Shown here: one piece after another, positions 1-9,416 of the stretch
Layout: each line of letters starts with the position of its first letter
How positions within the stretch are numbered: the stretch's first letter is position 1
From: Myxococcota bacterium
Lineage (GTDB): Bacteria; Myxococcota; UBA4151
Direction of reading: 5' to 3'
NCBI GenBank assembly: GCA_036338695.1
Contig: JAYZBQ010000048.1
Location: forward strand, 1-64,000
DNA length: 64,000 nucleotides
Made by a program: the position numbers and the translations under genes
The notes under the pieces: generated by a model
Seen by the model: only the letters and a program-made list of their open reading frames with translations
Told to the model about the DNA's origin: nothing
Database searches by the model: none

Positions 1-1433
1 GCGCGCAGACCCAATCGAGCGAGGTCCGAGCGGCGCTCCGGAGCGATCGATCCGATCCCACCGATCTGGATCGCAATGGACGAAAAATTGGCAAATCCGC
101 ACAGCGCGTAGGTCAAGATCACCGCGCTCCGCCCCGAGATCGGATCGCTCGAGCCTAAATTGCCCGCCACGTTTAAAAACGCCACGAACTCATTGGTCAC
201 CGTCTTGACCCCGAGCTGAGCTCCGCAAAACGCTGCGTCCGACCAATCAACGCCCATCACCCACGCAAGCGGCGCAAGGACTTTTCCGAGAATCCACTCC
301 ATGCTCAGCGCCGGAAACCCGAAGAAGCCGCCGAGCCATGCAAAGATTGCGTTGATCAACGCCACCAACGCAACGAAAGCGATCAGCATCGCCCCGACGT
401 TGAGCGCGAGCTTGAGCCCATCGCCTGCGCCGCGCGCGGCGGCGTCGATGACATTGACCGCCTCGCTCTCATCGTGAACCTGTGCGTCCTCGTCCGCTGC
501 CGGTGTTTGGGTCTCTGGGACCATAATCTTCGCCATCACCAGGGCAGCGGGCGCCGACATGACGCTCGCAGCGATGAGGTGCCCAGCGATGTTCGGGAAA
601 TAGCCGCTGAGCATCCCCACAAAGGCGAGCATGACGCCACCCGCAACCGTCGCGAAGCCACCCACCATCACCGCCATGAGCTCGCTGTCCGTCATGCGCT
701 TGACGTAAGGGCGAATCAAAAGCGGGGACTCGGTCTGCCCGAGAAAGATATTCCCGGCTGCGGACAAGCTCTCGGGTCCCGAGGTCCGTAGGGTTCGGCG
801 CATCAGCCACGCCACGGCGCCGACGAGCTTTTGAAGCACGCCCAGGTGGTAACCGACCGCCGTGATGGACGAGAAAAAGATCAAGGTCGGCAGCACGCCG
901 AACGCAAAATAGGCGCCCACGCCCGCCCAACCGGTCTGGTTCGGCTCGATGATCGGACCCATCGGCGGGTCGCCGAGCGGGCTTCCGACCGGGACGTTGT
1001 TGGTCACCAAGTTCCCAAAGAGAAACCGAGAGCCCTCCGTGGTGAACGCAAGCAGCCCGTTGATCAGGTCATTGACCATGGTGAACAACGCCGCGCCGGC
1101 GTCGGTTTTGAGCACCAAGACGCCGAAGACGAGCTGGAGTAAACAGCCGATCCCGACCAGGCGCCAGGGGACGCTGCGACGACGCTCAGACAGCAAAAGC
1201 GCCAAGGCGATCATCACCAAGATGCCGAGGAACGAGACCGCACGCCGAGTCCAGGTGCTGGTGATGGGCACGGGTTGCGCCACCTGCGCCTGGGCGCTCC
1301 CCACCCGATGCATCGAGCGCATCATGGTCTTGAGCTGATCGGTGTTCGCGACCGCTGCCGCCGAGGCGCTCGCGCCAGCAGGCACAACAGGCGCGGCGCT
1401 CAGCGCCAACGAACACAAGGCGGCGGCGATCAT
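1..1433 (-). CDS. nupC: Concentrative nucleoside transporter (CNT/NupC family), 3' end beyond the window edge
   Basis: Not in the ORF track; translated by hand. ATG at 1433 overlaps the pdp stop (ATGA). Reads MIAAALCSLALSAAP...FLGILVMIALALLLSERRRSVPWRLV...FAFGVLPTLIFFSS...NIFLGQTESPL...YALCGFANFSSIAIQIGGIG, which are CNT-family motifs. Confidence 0.92.
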   Translation of the reverse strand, partial: MIAAALCSLALSAAPVVPAGASASAAAVANTDQLKTMMRSMHRVGSAQAQVAQPVPITSTWTRRAVSFLGILVMIALALLLSERRRSVPWRLVGIGCLLQLVFGVLVLKTDAGAALFTMVNDLINGLLAFTTEGSRFLFGNLVTNNVPVGSPLGDPPMGPIIEPNQTGWAGVGAYFAFGVLPTLIFFSSITAVGYHLGVLQKLVGAVAWLMRRTLRTSGPESLSAAGNIFLGQTESPLLIRPYVKRMTDSELMAVMVGGFATVAGGVMLAFVGMLSGYFPNIAGHLIAASVMSAPAALVMAKIMVPETQTPAADEDAQVHDESEAVNVIDAAARGAGDGLKLALNVGAMLIAFVALVALINAIFAWLGGFFGFPALSMEWILGKVLAPLAWVMGVDWSDAAFCGAQLGVKTVTNEFVAFLNVAGNLGSSDPISGRSAVILTYALCGFANFSSIAIQIGGIGSIAPERRSDLARLGLR

Positions 1434-2731
1434 GAGATCTGTGCCCGAACGCGTCCCGTTCGAGCCGACACCTCACCGTCAAATTTCAGCGCCGAACGCA
1501 GGTACCCGATCGCCTCATCTCGACCGCGTGCGCGCCAGTGCAATCGAGCGATGACCGAGTCCTCGGTGAGCGTCTGCCCAGGCTCGACGAGCCACTCGAC
1601 ACCCACCGCCGGGTCGACGTCCTGATCCGCCCGCTCTCGGCCAACGCCCACGACGTGCCCTGCGCGTGCCACCGCCTGCGCATCGACCCGTTTCAGTTGA
1701 CCGGCGACGCCGGCGGTCACCTCTTCACGGTGTGGTGCCTGGGGCAATTTCGAGGGGTCATCGATGATGCCCGAGTCACCCCCTTGGGCTGCGATCATCT
1801 CGCCAAATCGCGCCAGCGCGCGCCCCGAGTCGACCACCGCTTGGATCGCCTCCATCGCCTCATCGTCATGGCGAGCCTCGCCGGACAGACGAAGCATCCG
1901 AACGGCGAGCGCTTGGGTGAGCTCCCAGGTGTCGGCGGGTCCTTCGCCGCGCAACACCTCAATGCTCTCTTCGATCTCGAGCGCATTGCCGATGCAGCGA
2001 CCGATCGGTTGGTTCATGTCTGTAATCAGGGCCGAACAGGGGACGCCGTTCTTCTCGCTCACCGAAACCAGCGCCTCGGCGAGCGACTTGGCTTGGTCGA
2101 AGTCGGCCATGAAGGCGCCGGCGCCGAACTTAACATCGAGGACCAAGGCGTCGAGCCCCTCGCTGAGTTTCTTCGACAGAATGGAGGCGACGATCAATGG
2201 GATCGAGCTCACCGTCGCGGTCACGTCGCGCAGAGCATAGAGCTTGCGGTCTGCCGGTGCGAGCTGGCCTGTTTGACCAATAATCGAGCACCCGGTGGTC
2301 AACACCGTCCGCTTAAACGCGCCTAAGCTCAGGTCGGTGCGATAGCCAGGGATCGACTCGAGCTTATCGAGGGTGCCCCCCGTCAGGCCTAAGCCGCGCC
2401 CTGAGATCATGGGCACCTGCAGGCCTAAGGCTGCAACGATGGGTGCGAGCGGGATCGAGATCTTGTCCCCCACACCACCGGTGCTGTGCTTATCAATTCG
2501 AAAACCAGGCGCTCCCGCAAAGGAGATCGGCTCGCCCGAGTCCCGCATCGCCGCCGTCCAGACGCTGGTTTCGTGCGGACTCAAACCTTGAAAACAGATC
2601 GCCATCGCCATGGCAGCCATCTGATAATCAGGGACATCCGCCGTCGTGTAGGCGTGGATCCACCAACGTATCTCGTCGTCGGTGAGCGCCTCACCGGCGC
2701 GCTTCTTTGCGATCAAGTCCACCGGATTCAT
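1430..2731 (-). CDS. pdp: Pyrimidine-nucleoside/thymidine phosphorylase
   Basis: DKHSTGGVGDK, SGRGLGLTGGTLDKLE, ADRKLYALRD and SILSKKL motifs; 433 aa; next to deoC. Confidence 0.95.
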   Translation of the reverse strand: MNPVDLIAKKRAGEALTDDEIRWWIHAYTTADVPDYQMAAMAMAICFQGLSPHETSVWTAAMRDSGEPISFAGAPGFRIDKHSTGGVGDKISIPLAPIVAALGLQVPMISGRGLGLTGGTLDKLESIPGYRTDLSLGAFKRTVLTTGCSIIGQTGQLAPADRKLYALRDVTATVSSIPLIVASILSKKLSEGLDALVLDVKFGAGAFMADFDQAKSLAEALVSVSEKNGVPCSALITDMNQPIGRCIGNALEIEESIEVLRGEGPADTWELTQALAVRMLRLSGEARHDDEAMEAIQAVVDSGRALARFGEMIAAQGGDSGIIDDPSKLPQAPHREEVTAGVAGQLKRVDAQAVARAGHVVGVGRERADQDVDPAVGVEWLVEPGQTLTEDSVIARLHWRARGRDEAIGYLRSALKFDGEVSARTGRVRAQIS

Positions 2732-2740
2732 GGGCGGAGC

Positions 2741-3580
2741 CTAGTAACTTCCTGACGCGGTACCGCCCGTGACGATCGTCACCGATGAGCTCGCGCCCAC
2801 ACGCGTCGCCCCGGCGCGCACCATCGCCTCAACGTCTGCTTTGCTGCGTACACCGCCGGAGGCTTTCACCCCAAGCTCTGGACCGACGATGCGCCGCATC
2901 AACGTGATGTCTTCCACCGTGGCGCCTGCTTTATCAAAGCCCGTGCTGGTTTTCACGAACGCAGCCCCTGCGGCTTTGGACAACGCGCAGGCGATCACCT
3001 TCTCTTCTTCGCTCAACTGCGAGGTCTCGAGGATGACCTTGACCGGAGCCGGCGCGGCCGCTTGAACCACCGCCGCAATATCCTCCAACACCTCGGCGTA
3101 ACGCGTGGACTTGAGGGCGCCGATATTGATCACCATGTCGATCTCACGCGCCCCATCTCGGATCGCCTGCCGCGTCTCGTAGGCCTTTGCGTCCGGGTTT
3201 TGAGCCCCCAAAGGAAACCCGACCACGGCGATCGGGAGCACCGAGCTCCCGCTGAGTTCTTGCGCCACTAAACGCACATTGCATGAGTTGACGCAGACGG
3301 TCTTAAAGCCGTGCTGACGCGCCTCACCGCAGACCTTACGTAGCTGCTCGTCGGTGGCTTCGGGTCGCAACAAGGTGTGATCGATGAGCTGCGCCAGGTG
3401 CTTTGAGGTCGGGGGGGCAGGGTCCGCCCCTTTCGGCGCAGCGACCTCCGTGGTCCGCTGCCGATGAGGAAGTTGAGCGTCTTCGGCATGCCAGCTGCGC
3501 TTTGGTGCGCCGGTAGCTGGGTCCTTTAGACGGCGTTGCACCTCTGCGGTGATGGCTCGAACCAAACCGTCATTACTCAT
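2741..3580 (-). CDS. deoC: Deoxyribose-phosphate aldolase with an N-terminal extension of about 60 aa
   Basis: [31 protein letters not shown] and VKASGG motifs. Start set at ATG 3580 (MSND) after a GAGGA-rich stretch; the ORF track starts at 3586. Confidence 0.95.
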   Translation of the reverse strand: MSNDGLVRAITAEVQRRLKDPATGAPKRSWHAEDAQLPHRQRTTEVAAPKGADPAPPTSKHLAQLIDHTLLRPEATDEQLRKVCGEARQHGFKTVCVNSCNVRLVAQELSGSSVLPIAVVGFPLGAQNPDAKAYETRQAIRDGAREIDMVINIGALKSTRYAEVLEDIAAVVQAAAPAPVKVILETSQLSEEEKVIACALSKAAGAAFVKTSTGFDKAGATVEDITLMRRIVGPELGVKASGGVRSKADVEAMVRAGATRVGASSSVTIVTGGTASGSY

Positions 3581-4256
3581 CCTCATCCTCCTGATGTTCG
3601 GCGCTGATGCGGTCTAACGAAAAAAGCTCGATCTGTGAACGGACGCGACGCATCCCGAGCCGAATCACAGCGCCTACGCTCAGCAACACCCACAGCAGAA
3701 TAATCGGCAGCTGATCATAGTTGAGCGCCTGAAGCTGAGGACCTACAGCCGCGAGCAAGGCAGCGATCACGGCGAGCTGAGGCATCCGCATCGCGCCAGG
3801 GGGTAGCCGCCCGGGTAGGGTCCGAAACGCAAAGGCGAAGGCGATAAACGCGCCGAGCACCAAACCAAAACCCCAACCAATCCAAACCGACGAGCTGCTC
3901 GGCTCCGGCGGAGGCGACGCAGCGACCGCTGACGCCGGCTCGGGCGGTATGCGCTGGGCGCCGGGCGCAAGCACCTCCTTGGGCGGCTCGGGCAGCTGCA
4001 TCACCAGCTTACGCATCTCGCCGATCTGCTCATCGAGCGCACGGATACGCTGCCGCTCGGCGTCCTTAGCGGCGCCCTCCGGCAAGGTCTCCATCACCCG
4101 CCGCACCTCCTCGAGCTCACCTTGAGCGCGGCTGATCTCACCGGCTAACTCAGCCCGCCGATCGGGCGGACGCGTGGCCTCGACTTGAACCTCGGTCCTG
4201 ATCTCAGCTGGCTGAGTCGACGCCAACCACCCGGCAAGGCACGTAATGATCACCAT
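3573..4256 (-). CDS. Hypothetical membrane protein (coiled coil, Pro-rich linker, about 3 C-terminal TM segments)
   Basis: 227-aa ORF overlapping both neighbours; heptad-like charged segment followed by hydrophobic stretches. Confidence 0.65.
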   Translation of the reverse strand: MVIITCLAGWLASTQPAEIRTEVQVEATRPPDRRAELAGEISRAQGELEEVRRVMETLPEGAAKDAERQRIRALDEQIGEMRKLVMQLPEPPKEVLAPGAQRIPPEPASAVAASPPPEPSSSSVWIGWGFGLVLGAFIAFAFAFRTLPGRLPPGAMRMPQLAVIAALLAAVGPQLQALNYDQLPIILLWVLLSVGAVIRLGMRRVRSQIELFSLDRISAEHQEDEDE

Positions 4257-4876
4257 TCAAGTCGCTCCATGACCCGCCTGAGGTCTCGCCAAGCCGCCCC
4301 TTTGGCGTCCGGTCGACGCAGCAAAAACGACGGGTGAAAGGTAGGTAGAGTTGATCGACCGAGCACGTCAATCCACTGACCTCGTGCGGCGGCGATGTCG
4401 GCGCGCTCGGGGCAGAGCAGCTGCACCGCCTGCGCGCCCATCAAGACCAGCGCTTGCGGCGCCACCCATTCGACCTGCTCAGCACAAAGCGAGCGACACG
4501 AGGGCGGCGCGCCGGCGCTCGGCGCCGCCAGGTGCTTAGCGCCTACGGGGGTCACCCAGCTCACAAACACTTGCTCTTGAGCGCGCTTGAGCCCCTTCTC
4601 GATCATCGCCTGCAGCAGCGCGAGGGCGTCGCCCACGACCTGCTGACCGTCCCAGCGATCAAAGGCGGCTGAGCCGACGCACAAGAACATGACCGGCGCA
4701 GACCGTGAACCGTGGGATTGGATGACGCAGCGAGTCTCACCGAGCGAGCAGACCTGCTGCCGCCAGACCACCTCTGGCGCTGCGGACGGGGCGTCTGCCT
4801 CGCCACCCACCGGCGGGACATCAAGGAACCCCATCGCCCTCGCCTCATCGAGCCATGAGCTCAGGTGTGGGTCCAT
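4250..4876 (-). CDS. Uracil-DNA glycosylase family-4-like protein, degenerate
   Basis: C-terminal LPTFHPSFLLRRPDAKGAAWRDL and EQVEWVAPQALVLMG fit family-4 UDG; the N-terminal GE(A/G)PG motif is absent. Confidence 0.75.
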   Translation of the reverse strand: MDPHLSSWLDEARAMGFLDVPPVGGEADAPSAAPEVVWRQQVCSLGETRCVIQSHGSRSAPVMFLCVGSAAFDRWDGQQVVGDALALLQAMIEKGLKRAQEQVFVSWVTPVGAKHLAAPSAGAPPSCRSLCAEQVEWVAPQALVLMGAQAVQLLCPERADIAAARGQWIDVLGRSTLPTFHPSFLLRRPDAKGAAWRDLRRVMERLEW

Positions 4877-4941
4877 TGCGTCAGCCTCCTTGCGCCGCAG
4901 CTGATCAAACGCCGTCGCCTCACAAAGGTCAACGTCTCGTC

Positions 4942-4980
4942 AAAAAGAAGAAAGGGAGCTTCTCAACGAAGCTCCCTTTC
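4942..4980 (-). terminator. Rho-independent terminator after the DsbA-like gene
   Basis: Perfect 13-bp inverted repeat GAAAGGGAGCTTC-N5-GAAGCTCCCTTTC (4950-4980), followed on the minus strand by TTCTTTTT; 22 nt past the stop at 5003. Confidence 0.85.
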
Positions 4981-5002
4981 CACGGCTACTCGCCAGGAGG
5001 CG

Positions 5003-6985
5003 CTACTTCTTCAGGTGCTTATCGATGATCGCCTTGAAGCGATCGATCGGCTGGGCACCTGCGAGGTGCTCACCGTTGATGTAGAAGTTCGGCGTGCCGC
5101 GTGCGCCGACCTTGCTGGCCAGCTTCTTATCGGCCTCGACCTTCGCCTTCGTGGACGGGCTGTTGAGATCCTTCTCCCACTTCGCCATGTCCAGCCCAAG
5201 CTCTTTGGCGAAGCCCTTGATGGGGTCGGCTCCGAGCGTGCGGAAGTTGTCAAAGAGCTTGTCGTGCATCTCCCAGAACTTGCCCTGCTTGCCCGCAGCG
5301 TGGGCTGCGCGCGCCGCGAGCTCGGCGTTCTTGTGGAAGGACAGCGGCAGGTTCTTGAAGACCACGCGGATCTTGTCGCCATACTCTTTCTTGAGCGCGT
5401 CGATCGTGTCGGCGCCCTTGGAGCAGAAGGGACACTCAAAGTCACTGAACTCGTAGATGGTGACCTTGGCGTTCTTGGGACCAAAAGCCATGTCTTCGGG
5501 GTGGTCATCGACCTTAACGGGGCCCGCAGGTTTGACCGGGGCGGTCGGCAGCTTGAAGTTCGGCGCCGGCTTGCCAGCTTCCTTCATGACCTCGGCGTAG
5601 ACGTTCTCGATCTTGATGCCCTTCTTGATCAGATCGTTCGCTTTTTTGAGCTCAGCCTCGATGGTCGGCTTGAAGCGCTCGTAAGGCAGCGCGCCGCGCA
5701 CCGGGATCCCGTTGACGAAGAAGTTCGGCGTGCCACGTGCGCCCACCTTGGCGCTCTCGGCGACGTCGGCTTTGACGATGTCTTTGACCTTCTGCGAGTT
5801 CATGTCGGTCTTGAACTTAGCGACGTTCAGGCCAAGCTCTTTCGCCCACTTCTCAAAATTGTCTTGGGTCAGGTTTTTGTAATCTGCGAACATCTTGTCG
5901 TGCATCTCAAAGAACTTACCCTGCATCCCAGCCGCTTCCGCCGCACGCGCAGCCGGCTCGGCGTTGGGGTGGAAACCCAGCGGGTTGTGCTTGTAGATGA
6001 AGTAGACGTCCTTGCCGTGGTTCTTGAGGATGTCTTCGACCGTCTTGGCGCCACGCGAACAGAAGGGGCACTCAAAGTCCGAGTACTCGACGATCACGAC
6101 CTTAGCAGGCCATGCGCCCTTGCCGCGGTAGCTCTTCTTGATCGGCACGTTCTGCCGCGTGTCGGCCGGCGGCTTGGGTCGAGCCGGAGGCTGCGCCGCA
6201 GCAGGTGCCGGCTTGTTGACCTTCGAGGTCGCGCCCTTCTCGATGATCTTGGCGTAAACATCCTTCGGCGCCACGCCCTTCTTGATCTGTTTCTGAGCAT
6301 CTTTGAGCGCCTTCTCGATCACCTCTTCAAACTTGGCGAGCGGCTGCGCGCCGCTCAGGAAGCGACCGTTGATGAAGAACGCGGGGGTTCCGCGTGCGCC
6401 CAACTTGACCGCAGCGGCCTGTTGCGCCTTGACCTTCTTCGAGAGCGCAGAATCTTTGAGGTCCGCCTTGAACTTGTCCATGTCCAAGCCGATCTCGCCC
6501 GCCCACTTATCAAAGTTGGCGTCCGTCAGCGTCTTGTAGTTCGCAAAGAGCTTGTCGTGCATCTCCCAGAACTTACCCTGTCGGCCGGCCGCCTCAGCAG
6601 CGATCGCAGCCGGCTCAGCCCGGTTGTGGAAGCCAAGCGGGTTGTGGAAGAAGGCGACGCGCAGATCTTTGCCGTACTTGCCCTTCATCAACGAATCGAT
6701 GGTCTTGTTGACGCGATTGCAGAAGGGGCACTGGAAGTCGCTGACCTCGACGATGGTCACGAGCGCCTCGGGGTTCCCTTTGGTGACCGCATCACCCACC
6801 GGGATCTTGTAGATCGGCTCGGCGTTCAGGCACTCTTGGACGGCGTCCGAGTTGCAGTCGATGTCGTCATCAGCCGCCACAGCAGTCGCCGGCGCAGCGC
6901 TCTGCTGGCCGAAATAGAAGCCGGCACCGCCGGCGATTAACATCACGAGGAGATAGGCTCCCGCTCCGCCTCTAGCTTCGTTCAT
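5003..6985 (-). CDS. Membrane-anchored DsbA-family oxidoreductase with three thioredoxin domains
   Basis: Three SDF(Q/E)CPFC sites, each followed by GKF(W/F)EMHD and a GARGTP cis-Pro loop; N-terminal TM anchor. Confidence 0.92.
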   Translation of the reverse strand: MNEARGGAGAYLLVMLIAGGAGFYFGQQSAAPATAVAADDDIDCNSDAVQECLNAEPIYKIPVGDAVTKGNPEALVTIVEVSDFQCPFCNRVNKTIDSLMKGKYGKDLRVAFFHNPLGFHNRAEPAAIAAEAAGRQGKFWEMHDKLFANYKTLTDANFDKWAGEIGLDMDKFKADLKDSALSKKVKAQQAAAVKLGARGTPAFFINGRFLSGAQPLAKFEEVIEKALKDAQKQIKKGVAPKDVYAKIIEKGATSKVNKPAPAAAQPPARPKPPADTRQNVPIKKSYRGKGAWPAKVVIVEYSDFECPFCSRGAKTVEDILKNHGKDVYFIYKHNPLGFHPNAEPAARAAEAAGMQGKFFEMHDKMFADYKNLTQDNFEKWAKELGLNVAKFKTDMNSQKVKDIVKADVAESAKVGARGTPNFFVNGIPVRGALPYERFKPTIEAELKKANDLIKKGIKIENVYAEVMKEAGKPAPNFKLPTAPVKPAGPVKVDDHPEDMAFGPKNAKVTIYEFSDFECPFCSKGADTIDALKKEYGDKIRVVFKNLPLSFHKNAELAARAAHAAGKQGKFWEMHDKLFDNFRTLGADPIKGFAKELGLDMAKWEKDLNSPSTKAKVEADKKLASKVGARGTPNFYINGEHLAGAQPIDRFKAIIDKHLKK

Positions 6986-7039
6986 GATCTCTCCATTGGG
7001 TCGAGAAGCGTGCGCTTCTAGGCGTCTGAACCGTCCGGG

Positions 7040-8314
7040 TCAATGGGCATTCCCGCTGCCCCCGCCGCGACGGCGGCGACGGCGACGGCGTGGGCGAGCG
7101 TTTCGCTCGCTCGGCGCCGACTGTTTCGGGGAACTAGAGCGGCGCGCTCGGCGCGGCTGCGCCGGCGGAGGGACCGCAGCAGGCTCGTGATACGCATGCT
7201 CCTCGTCGACCGTCAGCGTCACCCCGGTCAACCGCTCGATGTCCCGTAAATAGGCGCCTTCGCTCTCGTCACAAAAGGCGATCGCGACCCCGTTTTTGCC
7301 AGCACGAGCGGTCCTACCGATCCGGTGTACGTAGCTCTCAGGCTCATTGGGGAGGTCGAAATTGAAGACGTGGGTGACGCCATCCACGTCGATCCCTCGG
7401 CTTGCAATGTCGGTGGCCACCAAGATGGGAATCTCGCCACTGCGGAAGCCATTCATCGCCCGGTTGCGCGCATTTTGGCTCTTGTTGCCATGGATCGCCG
7501 CCGCCTCAATCCCTACCTGCGCCAGCTGTTTCACCAACCGGTTCGCGCCGTGTTTGGTGCGCGTGAACACGATCCCGCAGCCGACGTTGTGCGACTTGAT
7601 CAGCTGACCGAGCAGACGCCGTTTGTCCGCCTTCTTGACGAACATGACGGTCTGGGCGATCCGCTCGACGGTCACCGTCTCAGGCGTCACCTCAACCCGC
7701 ACCGCGTCGCGCAAGAACGAGCCAGCGAGCTCGGCGATACTCGTCGGCATCGTCGCGCTAAACAGCAGATTCTGCCGCGCTCGAGGCAGGATTTTTAGGA
7801 CCTTACGGATGTCATGGATGAAGCCCATATCGAGCATCCGGTCCGCTTCATCGAGGACGAAAAACTCCACCGATGAGAGGTCGATGTAGCCCTGCCCGAC
7901 GAGATCGAGCAGGCGCCCCGGAGTGGCGACCAAGATGTCGAGGCCGCGCTGCAGCGTGCGCACCTGCGGGTTTTGGTTCACGCCCCCAAAGATGACGGTG
8001 TGCCGAACATCCAACTCATCGGCGTAGGCCGCGAAGCGCTCGCCAATCTGAGCGGCGAGTTCGCGCGTCGGCGACAGGACGAGCGCACGAATCACGCGCC
8101 GCCTCGATGATCGGTTCGCCATCATGGTCTGGAGCACAGGCAGCGCAAAGGCGGCCGTCTTACCGGTCCCTGTCTGCGCGACGCCGAGGACGTCGCTTCC
8201 TTTCAAAAGAGGCGGAATCGCAAGCTCTTGGACGGGGGTGGGGTGCTCATACCCCTCACGCGCCAAGGCGCGCAGAATGGGCTCGGCGAGGCCGAGGTCC
8301 TGAAAAGTGGTCAA
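7040..8314 (-). CDS. DEAD-box RNA helicase (RhlE-like)
   Basis: AQTGTGKT, PTRELA, LDEAD, SAT and HRIGRTAR motifs; Arg-rich C-terminal tail. Confidence 0.95.
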   Translation of the reverse strand: MTTFQDLGLAEPILRALAREGYEHPTPVQELAIPPLLKGSDVLGVAQTGTGKTAAFALPVLQTMMANRSSRRRVIRALVLSPTRELAAQIGERFAAYADELDVRHTVIFGGVNQNPQVRTLQRGLDILVATPGRLLDLVGQGYIDLSSVEFFVLDEADRMLDMGFIHDIRKVLKILPRARQNLLFSATMPTSIAELAGSFLRDAVRVEVTPETVTVERIAQTVMFVKKADKRRLLGQLIKSHNVGCGIVFTRTKHGANRLVKQLAQVGIEAAAIHGNKSQNARNRAMNGFRSGEIPILVATDIASRGIDVDGVTHVFNFDLPNEPESYVHRIGRTARAGKNGVAIAFCDESEGAYLRDIERLTGVTLTVDEEHAYHEPAAVPPPAQPRRARRSSSPKQSAPSERNARPRRRRRRRRGGGSGNAH

Positions 8315-8323
8315 GGTGTATCC

Positions 8324-9352
8324 TTACTGCAGCAAGTCGCGATAGGTATCGAGCTGCTCAAGCGCCACCAGCACCCCATGCACCACAGCGTGCAAGGGCG
8401 TCTCAGCGCAGCGCACCTTTAGCCCCTGCGTCACCTCAGTCAAGTGCGCATCCAGCCCCAGCAGCTGCGAGCCGCCACCGGCGAGCAAGATGCCATGCTC
8501 CATCAGATCACTCGCCAGCTCCGGGTCGGTCTCTTCGAGCACTTTGCGCACCGCTTGGTCGATCTCGGCGATGCAGCCTGCGACCGCCTCACGGACATCC
8601 ACCGAGGTGACGACCTCTGAGCGCGGCACGCCCTGCAGCGCGTCGCGCCCGCGCACGTCCATCTCGAGCTCTTCCTCGAGCGGATGCGCCGACCCGATCT
8701 TCATCTTGATCTTCTCGGCGGTCGGGAGGCCGACCAGGATCCCTTTGCGCTCTCGGATGTACTGCTGGATGGCGAGATCCATCGCATCGCCTGCGGTCCG
8801 CAAGGTGTACTCAGTCGCCATGGCGCCCAAGCTGATCACGGCGACATCGGTGGTGCCACCGCCGATATCCACGATCATCGACCCGCGCGGTTCGCTGACC
8901 GGTAAGCCGGCGCCGATCGCTGCCGCCATGGGCTGCTCGATCAGGTGAACCTCTTTGACCCCCGCTTTGAGCGCAGCGTCACGGACCGCTTTTCGTTCCA
9001 CCTGCGTGATGCCAGCCGGCACGGAGATCAGCATCCGAGCGCGCAACGGGCGGCGCCCGACCGCCTTCTCGATGAAGCGCCGGATCATCTCTTCCGTCAC
9101 GTCGACGTCCGAGATCACCCCCTCGCGCATCGGCCGGATCGCCTTGATCGCCGCGGGCGTCTTGCCGAGCATATCCTTAGCCTCGCGACCGACCGCTTGC
9201 ACCTTCGTGGGTCGAGACCCTTTACGGATCGCGACGACCGACGGCTCGTCCAGCACGATCCCTTGCCCGCGCACGGCGACCACGGTGTTCGCTGTCCCCA
9301 GATCGATGGCGAGGTCAGTGGTCAATGCCAGGCGAGAGAGCCAGTTGGACAC
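8324..9352 (-). CDS. mreB: Rod shape-determining actin MreB
   Basis: IDLGTAN, EPSVVA, IRPMREGVI, AAAIGAGLPV and VDIGGGTT motifs; 342 aa. Confidence 0.92.
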   Translation of the reverse strand: MSNWLSRLALTTDLAIDLGTANTVVAVRGQGIVLDEPSVVAIRKGSRPTKVQAVGREAKDMLGKTPAAIKAIRPMREGVISDVDVTEEMIRRFIEKAVGRRPLRARMLISVPAGITQVERKAVRDAALKAGVKEVHLIEQPMAAAIGAGLPVSEPRGSMIVDIGGGTTDVAVISLGAMATEYTLRTAGDAMDLAIQQYIRERKGILVGLPTAEKIKMKIGSAHPLEEELEMDVRGRDALQGVPRSEVVTSVDVREAVAGCIAEIDQAVRKVLEETDPELASDLMEHGILLAGGGSQLLGLDAHLTEVTQGLKVRCAETPLHAVVHGVLVALEQLDTYRDLLQ

Positions 9353-9416
9353 AATGTTCTCCGGAGCGTCGTAACCCGATGTGGCCCTCAGGCCTTAGGC
9401 TGTCAATGCGTGCCGC

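Noticed and set aside
4865..6940. 691-aa ORF on the + strand
   Set aside because: Antisense shadow of the triple-DsbA gene, expected from high-GC codon bias; no motifs.
7004..7019. Palindrome AGAAGCG-TG-CGCTTCT upstream of the DsbA gene
   Set aside because: Short, no U-tract and a 2-nt loop; cannot be told from chance.
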